Source: Octopus vulgaris (Eukaryota). Taken from it: 64,000 nucleotides of DNA. Made by a program: the position numbers and the translations under genes. The stretch is from contig OX597827.1 in assembly GCA_951406725.2 (NCBI GenBank), positions 36,828,001 to 36,892,000 of the forward strand. Direction: 5' to 3'. Under the pieces are notes generated by a model, which ran no database searches, was not told the DNA's origin, and saw only the letters and a list, made by a program, of their open reading frames with translations. Below are positions 55,891 through 64,000 of this stretch, piece by piece (position 1 is the stretch's first letter; every line of letters begins with the position of its first letter).

Positions 55891-56395
55891 CTCTATATGG
55901 TCACTGACCCTTACAAACTTATAGGAAGAACACATTGGATAATGTAGCCCTAGATATGCTATGTCTGAAAATAAGATATTATAGTTATGGCTGAACCTTT
56001 TGATCATAGGTGTACTTGACCAGGGCTGACCTGGAGTTAAACAATATCAGCAACAGTTGGAGTACTGCCCCTTTAGATTAGACTGTATTGCTGGTATTCA
56101 CATGAATAATCTAAACACCATCTTGAAAGTGCCATCCACCTAAATTGCTAAAGATTCTCTCCCAAACACATTACAATCAGTCCCTCTAAGACTGAATGGT
56201 GGAAGTTATTCTCAGACCAGTGACCTAGTTTGAATCTTTGCAACAGCTTGAACTTTGCTGTAAGGCACCACAAAGGCCAGGTGGGGGATGTTAAACTGAC
56301 AGATTAAGTCTATCACCCAAGAAAAGAAACGGATTTCTACACAACTTTTTACATAGGTTGACTCAGAGTTATAGTTGACAATATTTAATCAAGGT

Positions 56396-56582
56396 AAAGC
56401 AGTGAGCTGGCAAAATAGTTCGCATGCCAGGTAAAATGCTTAGTGGCCTTTTGTCCATCTTTATGTTCTGAGTTCAGATTCTGCCATGATCAGTGTTGCC
56501 TTTCATCCTTTCAGGGTCGATTTAATTAACATAGCCCCTCCTCCAAACTTGCTGATCTTATTCCAAAATTTGAAACCAATTA
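56396..56582 (+). mobile_element. SINE family A
   Basis: Homologous to 2201-2415. Confidence 0.65.
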
Positions 56583-58572
56583 TTAAATCAAAGTGCTGTG
56601 GAGTAGGATTGAACTGGAAACCATGTAGTTATGATGCAAACTTTTTAATTACATTACAATGTCTGCATCTTGAAACATAGTCACCCAACATGAGAAAACT
56701 ATTCTGAATACATCAGTAAACTACAGTGTATAATACTCGTATAATACTGATATATATATCATTATTCTGCAGTATATAATACTGGTATACTGATGTATGT
56801 GTGTGTGTATATGTATGTGTCTGTGTGTGTATATATGTGTGTACGTATGTATATATGTATGTATGCTGCAGTGCATAATACTGATATATATATATATATA
56901 TATATATATGTTATACACTCGTATATGTATTCTGTGATTTATTAACAACTGACATTTATGTAGCTAGCAACATTAATTCATTTGTAATAGTTATATTTAA
57001 TTTTATCATGAGAGTAGAGTGTAGTTAATTGAATTAACTAACCTCTATACTTAAGTACTTTTCACTCCATTTCATTCCCATTGCAAAAATAAAAAGTCAA
57101 ATGAAACTAGTTGGATATGGAGACAGGATATTTTAACCATTTTGCAGTTTAGTCTGAGAGCAAAGGCAATGACCATCAACTTTTATTTAGAGTTCCCAAC
57201 ACTGCTGAATAGAAGAAACCATAATCTATGAATTGCAGTGTTCAGGAGCAGTAGATCAATCTGGTCTGAATAATTGCAACAGAGTGAGCTTTGTTAAAGT
57301 CCTCTGCCTAAAATCCAGGTAGCAGTGTAAAACCAGGCATTAAATTCAGTCAACACTCATGATTAAGATATATGCCATTGCAAGGTGACATAGCTAAATA
57401 TTAACCCTCTCTTAGTTGCACCATCTTTGTATATGATGACAACAACAAAAACAAGAATAAGAATAAGAATAAGAATAAGAAGACGAAGAAGAAGAAGAAG
57501 AAGAAGAAGAAGAAGAAGAAGAAGAAGAAGAAGAAGAAGAAGAACAACAACAACAACAACAACAACAACAATAATAATAGTAGTTAGTGTGAGAGGAAAT
57601 AACACCATATTAAACATTTATTTTAGGCCAATAGTTATTTCTACTTTTGGTAGACTTGATAGACTATTATTTCTTCAGTTTGGTATGCTGCTGCTGCTAC
57701 AACAACAACTACTGCTGCTGCTGCTAGATACAGTTGCTGGAGATTATTGAATTACTACAATAGCTGCTTTGTAAAATTGATAATATGAAAATAATCTTGG
57801 AGGAGTTTTGAAGGAAAATGAATTGGTTTTAGCAAGAATAAAGATTTCTTCCTGGGAGGTAACACACACGCACATGCACATATGCACACAAGCATGGCTT
57901 GGGGTGTCACACATAAATGGATAAATATATATAGTAATTGTTTATGTTTTCACGCCAAAAAAATACAAACATGACTGAAAAACATACAAAAAGTATTTTG
58001 GTCTTCTGACTAAATAGAAAATAAGATAACATAGTCTTTCATATGTAATAAAACAAGTGATGGTTGTGCATAGAACTAATGCAGGGAAGAAGAAATGAGC
58101 TAATTGTTGAAATAATGGTCATTGAACAGAAAAAAGCAGAGGTAGAAGTAAGCCAATATGAAATGTAGCTGGGGAAGATTGAAAACAGGATGAAAAGAAA
58201 AACTAGGGAAATTAGGCAGGACTGAATCCTGCATGTGTTGGTGTTAAGGACCAAAAAGGAAGAAATTAAGTAGAAAGGTCAATGAAAACTTATGATGCAC
58301 ACATAAATATAATCTTTTATCCTTTACTTGTTTTGGTCATTAGACTGTGGCCACTCTGGGGCTTTACCTTGAAGAATTTTTTGTCAAATGAATCGACCCC
58401 AGCATATGTTTTTTTAAGCCTATACACTGTAAAATGGTTGGTGTTAAGAGACCTTGCCAAAGCAGACACTGGAGTTCAATGCAGTCCTCTGGCTCATTAG
58501 CTCCTGTTAAATGATCCAACCCAAGCCTAAATGATGATGATAGTGATGATGATTTTATATGTATATATATAT

Positions 58573-58900
58573 GTGCTGGTGGCACGTAAAAAGCACCATC
58601 CGAATGTGGCCGATGCCAGCGCCGCCTTGACTGGCTTCTGTGCTGGTGGCACGTAAAAAGCACCAACCGATCGTGGCCAATGCCAGCCTCCCCTGGCACC
58701 TGTGCCGGTGGCACGTAAAAAGCACCCACTACACTCACGGAGTGGTTGGTGTTAGGAAGGGCATCCAGCTGTAGAAACACTGCCAGATCAGACTGGAGCC
58801 TGGTACAGCCTCCTGGCTTCCCAGACCCGGGTCGAACTGTCCAACCCATGCTAGCACGGAAAACGGACGTTAAACGATGATGATGAGGATGATGATGAAA
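58573..58900 (+). repeat. RTE-3'UTR/SINE-type element with 3 internal units
   Basis: Same units and tail as 11210-11850. Confidence 0.75.
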
Positions 58901-58919
58901 TGTGGCTCTGGTTTAAGGC

Positions 58920-60225
58920 CTACATCTCCTACATGTCAGGTCCTAGCATCCACAAAAGAAGTGCCACTGAAACATGGTTTGGTTTGCCCCACCCTTCTCA
59001 CACAACGTCAAGATTTGTGTGGGAAGGATATTCCTGAGGTTTATAGACAAACACTTCATGCAGTTATTCAACAGACACAACCTAAGGGTCTCCTTTAGTT
59101 GTGCACCTAACATGAAAAGTATATTAGCTAACACCCTTAAAACACAGGAAGAGGCTGGTTGCTCTTGCAGAGTGTACAATGACTGTCCAGTGGGAAGCCA
59201 ATGTGAAGCCAAGGGAATCATCTATGAAGCTGTGGTGATACCCAGGCCTAGCGACCACAGTAATAATAGCAATGGATCATCCAACAGCATCAAAGGCAGT
59301 GACAGCAGCAGAAACACCAGCACTGACCCCAGTACCAGCACTACAGCCAGAGAAGATGACCAGCAGCACCAGTGAAGCTACTGGCCCCACACCCAACATT
59401 ACCACCGATGGTACCTACATCACCACCAGTAGCAATAGCACCAACCTACAGCTAGGGACAACCACAACATCAGTAACTATAGCCACATCACTGGATATCA
59501 TAACAGCACTGAGAGCAGCCCCAACAACATCAGTGGCAACATCCCCAAGCTCAGAAACAACCAGAGATGCATTAGTAATGTGAACATAGCCAGCACCCAA
59601 GCCTGGAAATACATTGGATCAGTTAGTACGGCTTTCAAGTGACACTTGTATAACTACAGGTCCTCATTCAAGGTCTCAGGAAGACAATTCATGATATTTG
59701 TTGCCAGCGATGTGTGGTGCCTCAAAAATCAATATTTATCATATGATATCAAGTGGAATATCTTAGAACAGCCAGGCACCTACATCAATGGGGGCTGATA
59801 CTGCAAGCTCTGTATTGCTGAGTGAACTAGGATACTTGAAGACTCCCTAAGGCCTGGGGTACTGAATACTCACCAAGAAATCTTCACACCATGCATCCAT
59901 TTCAAGTGCTATCTGCTGCAAATATGGTATTCCCTGTTTGCTGATTAAGCTCAGAAGAGACTTCACATTCCATTAGAAAGGAGTAGATCCCTTATTCCCT
60001 TCTCAAAATAGCTGGTCTAGGGGAGATAATCCATCTTCACTATTGCTGGACTCTTTATTCTCTGATGACCTTTTGACCATTGACCTTAACAACTTTCCAC
60101 TTCTAAGAGGTGAAGAGTTAATTTTGTCTTTGGACTAGAATCTGATTAGTCGTCCACAAAGTTATGGCTTTCATGGACGCGAAACCATTGGTCACTTGAT
60201 GATCAGACATTAACTTTACTACTTG
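58920..60225 (+). mobile_element. 5'-truncated Penelope-like element (linker, GIY-YIG, 3' pLTR)
   Basis: VWFAPPFSHNVK..FLRFIDKHF..FNRHNLRVSFSCAPNM..CSC..CPVGSQC..GIIYEA; KYIG..FK..NYRSSF; IKWNIL..CKLC..E..LN..E..CIH; stop at 59948; ends in (TA)n. Confidence 0.85.
60136..60199 (+). ncRNA. Degenerate hammerhead in 3' pLTR
   Basis: CTGATtA g(t)cgtcca...tggacgc GAAAC cattg GTC. Strong stem II, near-palindromic ACCATTGGT, mutated core, weak stem I. Confidence 0.5.
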
Positions 60226-61779
60226 TATATATATATATATGTACACACACACACACATATACACACATCACACACACTGCTTCAATACACCACTCAAACA
60301 CACCACCACAAAATAAGAAGCAAGTGCTAGTTTGATGTTTTATTGCCATCATCATTCTGTCTTAACTATATCCTCTTTTGAAATAATGCCATGGAATCAT
60401 TGCTTGGAATTCACCTCAGCAGTTTACATTAGAACTACTCTATTGATTTTACAATCATGTTTTTACAATTTTTCAAGAAATCACTGTTTTACTTTAATTT
60501 ATATTTTTATTTGTTTGCTTATTAGAAATCATTCTTTTTTTGTGCGCCAGTTTTCTATTGTGAGTCATTACCATTATTGTTGTTGTTATTATTATTATTA
60601 TTATTTGTTTCATGCTGATATGGTTGGTATGTAGCTTTATAACAACAACTCTCCATCTATGTTGATCCTCTGTCTTGGCTGTTTATGAGCTCCAGCCTTC
60701 TAATGTATCTCTTCTGAAAATATTTCCTGGCCAACCTCAACCACTAGCATACTTCACTGTCACTGCCACCACCATCCCTACCAACAACTCTGTCACACAT
60801 TTTCTCTCTGTATGCATAAAGCATAGTTCTTACATGGAAGGCAATTTTGTCTTTTTTAACGGCACAAACATGTTACTCAACATATCAAAGCTTCTATATC
60901 ACAATCTTTGATCACATAGATCACCCATCATCATACATCATCACAAGTAACCCACCACACTACCAAAGATGAGAATTAAAATCTTCAAAGACCCTACAAA
61001 TATTCAACTTTTAGTATAATTCCATTCATATTTATGGTGCATTAAAAAATATATTAACTGACTTCTTTGGCTTGGATTTGAACACAGAATGTAATGGGCT
61101 GTAACTAAATACCACTAGGGATTTTTTTAAATTCTCTAACAATTCTAGCAGTTCACACACACACACACTCACAGAAATAGAGAGAGAGAGAGAAGTAAAA
61201 AAAACCTATTTAACCTGGTATGCGTTGACCAATGTCACTTTTGATACTTAAGGAAACCCTGTTGTTCTTCACATTCATTGCTTGTTGTCATGTCACACTT
61301 CCATATATATCATCATGCACTACCACACACTACTACCTGTACTCCAGACACTACCATACACTCACCATATGCACTATCACATGCTGTGTATTACCACACA
61401 CCATCACATTACTGCGCAAATTATCACAGTACCATTGTACCATCACACTACTACCACTACTACTACTACTACTACTACAACTACCACATGCTACTACACT
61501 CTACCGTACATACACTATCATACTCTATCATTACCATCTTGCCATCACATATTATCTACTTTTCTGAATATTTCTAAATCAAATTGAGACCCTTATATCG
61601 TCAAGCATTGTCATATTAACAATGTCACTGTTGTTGTTGTTGTTGTTGCTGTTGCTGGTAGTGGGACGGAAAAATAAAATTTACATTGATTTACCTGTTG
61701 AAATTACTTTACCTTCATCACTTGTGCCACAGGAAGAGGTATAAATGTCACAAAACTTTTCCCTTGTAAATTCTATGTT

Positions 61780-61865
61780 CCTCGATTATATAAAAAAATC
61801 ATTATCATTGAGTTGATTTAAATGGTACCATTGGCTGGCTAGTTGGCCAGCTGATTGGCTGATTT
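61780..61865 (-). promoter_or_regulatory. Candidate Pol II promoter (two CCAAT boxes plus TATA-like box)
   Basis: Minus strand AGCCAATCAG (61851-61860), GCCAATGG (~61828-61835), TATATAA (~61786-61792). Donor-like sites AAG|GTAAAG at 61713 and CAG|GTAAAT at 61695. Confidence 0.3.
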
Positions 61866-62344
61866 TATGTATTAAGCCATATCTATTTCAAGATATCTCC
61901 CCTAGCTTGAACTCACTTTCCATTGCATTAAAGGTCAGTAGAATATGTACCGTACTATTCCAACTTTCAATCAGTTGATTATATTTATCCATTTACACGA
62001 GCTGGGTTTCCTAATTTATGAAGTCATCACAACCATCACCGTTATCACAACCATTACTACCATCGACATTACGACCACCATCACTACCATCGCCATCATC
62101 ATTATTATTTCTATTGTAATAATAAATATTATTAAAATAGTGGGTTAGAATCCATTAGAGCATCAGAAAAAAATACCTTGCAGTATTTGTTTCAACTCTT
62201 GACATTCTGAGTTCAAATCCTGCTGTGGTCACCATTTTTCATTCCTCTAGGTTCAATAGAATAAAGTACCAGTCAACTATTGGGTCACTCTAATTAAATG
62301 ACACCTTCTCAAAACAGCTGGCCTTGTACCTAAATCAGACACAC

Positions 62345-62384
<40 letters not shown>

Positions 62385-62600
62385 AGCGGTGAACTGGCAG
62401 AATTGTTAGCACACTGGATGGAATGCTTAACGGTATTTTGCCCGTCACTATGTTCTGAGTTTAAATTCCACCGAGGTCGACTTTACCTTTCATCCTCTAG
62501 GGGTCGATAAAATAAGTACCAGTTGAACACTGGGGGTCGATATAATTGACTCATCCCCTCCTCCAAAGTTGCTGCCCTTATGGCAAAATTTGAAGTCATT
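62385..62600 (+). mobile_element. SINE family A, well preserved
   Basis: gcggtgaactggcagaattgttagc..gaggtcgactttacctttcatcctctaggggtcgataaaataagtaccag; neighbours at 62140-62340 and 63241-63350. Confidence 0.75.
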
Positions 62601-62624
62601 ATTATTATCATTATGATTATTATT

Positions 62625-63110
62625 ATTGAGTGAGAAAGCAGTGCATGACATCAAAGTGACTCTGGGTTAAAATATACAAAGCCCAGTATACCCATCATGA
62701 TTACCTGTCTGATAAGGTTACACCAGACACATGCATCACAACCATATGTGCACGACATAGTGATCTTATATCAAGATAAACAGTGCATGAATTTGCAGGT
62801 GGTGCCTTGTTAGAATTTTCTTCAGGTTGAGTTGCCCATCCTGCTCAAAAGGTCCCTGAATAAGGATTGTTTAAGGATGTTGAATGAAAAACCCATGTAT
62901 CCAAAGGTGAATTATTCAAACTCCTAAGAATTCCTCTCAACACATGACTATGATGCTCCCCCACTACTTCTGCTCGTAATCAGAGATGCACATATCATCA
63001 GCCACTAAGGGACATGATCAACTGGTTATGGTCAAACAACTGACAAGCAAAACTGTGGTATTGAGTAGAATATTTGCTGTTGCCCATTTTTTATACCAAG
63101 ACAAAACAAT
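62625..63110 (-). repeat. Second copy of the ~480-bp repeat at 12787-13270
   Basis: Direct sequence similarity over the full length. Confidence 0.7.
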
Positions 63111-63126
63111 GTCTTGGTATAAAAGA

Positions 63127-63198
<72 letters not shown>

Positions 63199-63199
63199 C

Positions 63200-63240
<41 letters not shown>

Positions 63241-64000
63241 AGGCAGTGAGCTGGCAGAATCGTTAGTCTACTGAACAAAATGCTTAACAGTATTTCACCT
63301 GTCGCTATGTTCTGAGTTCAAATTCCACCACTTTGCAGCAAAGTTTGAAACCATTATTATCATTATCATTATTATTATCATTATTATTATTATTGAAGAC
63401 GTCCCACAGTATCCAATATCGTGATGTTGTGGATTGATGATATTATGTCTACTAGGGATTTTTACTGGCTGTCAAGTCACAACAAGGACCTCAAACAGAC
63501 AGTACTTTACACAGTATGCGTCCAGTTCCAAGTAAAGCTGATTTATGCAACACACCTAGATTACAGGGTATTTCTAAAGCTTCCAGACATTTCTTCAAGC
63601 TGGGTGGTTTTGAACCCAATTCTCCGATGCCACATCTTGCAGCTGCCACATCTTGGCGATTTCAATTCTCAAATCTCCATATTTATCAATCTTTTCTTTT
63701 TCTTTCATGAAAATATGTCCTAGGGTCAATTTCTTCGACTAAGGGGTGGTGCTCCAGCATGGCCACTGTAAAATGACTGAAACAAGTAAAAGAATAAAAG
63801 AATACCAGAAAAACGTTCCATACCACTAAACCAAGAAGGTCCTTTGAATATGTACGATGTATTTTAAGGCTAAATAGTGATTCCATTTATGTTTGTGTAA
63901 CTGAGATATTTTGGCTGGATTATATAGTCATTGGTGTTACATTACACTCTGTATTCTACAACTACCATAATATACTTTTCTAGGCCTGACATTTTTGTGG

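Overview
AT-rich, microsatellite-saturated animal genomic DNA. The SINE families and repeat style point to a coleoid cephalopod, probably Octopus; this is my recognition, not a database result. Most ORFs in the supplied track are (TA/CA/ATG)n artefacts. The window is mainly decayed mobile DNA: REL-endonuclease (R4/Dong-like), RTE, CR1-like and Jockey/I-like LINE fragments, a two-LTR Ty3/Gypsy relic, a mariner fragment, hAT/piggyBac/mariner MITEs and tRNA-derived SINEs. The main signal is a Penelope-like element (PLE) plus hammerhead ribozyme system. (1) A ~6.3 kb almost spacer-free palindrome (4313-10600, apex 7469) consists of two head-to-head 3' ends of a PLE (GIY-YIG C-terminus, long microsatellite-mosaic UTR), with a minimal type I hammerhead at each outer end. 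(2) Two smaller foldback-plus-tail inserts have the same architecture (14436-14693 with a 12-bp TSD; 30444-30920). (3) About ten hammerhead or hammerhead-like motifs from several sequence families occur, mostly in TA/AAT microsatellites. (4) All six arm mismatches around the palindrome apex are G:T, suggestive of A-to-I editing fixed by reverse transcription. A weakly supported minus-strand host gene may span the window (CCAAT/TATA promoter near 61.8 kb, signal-peptide exon near 53.1 kb).
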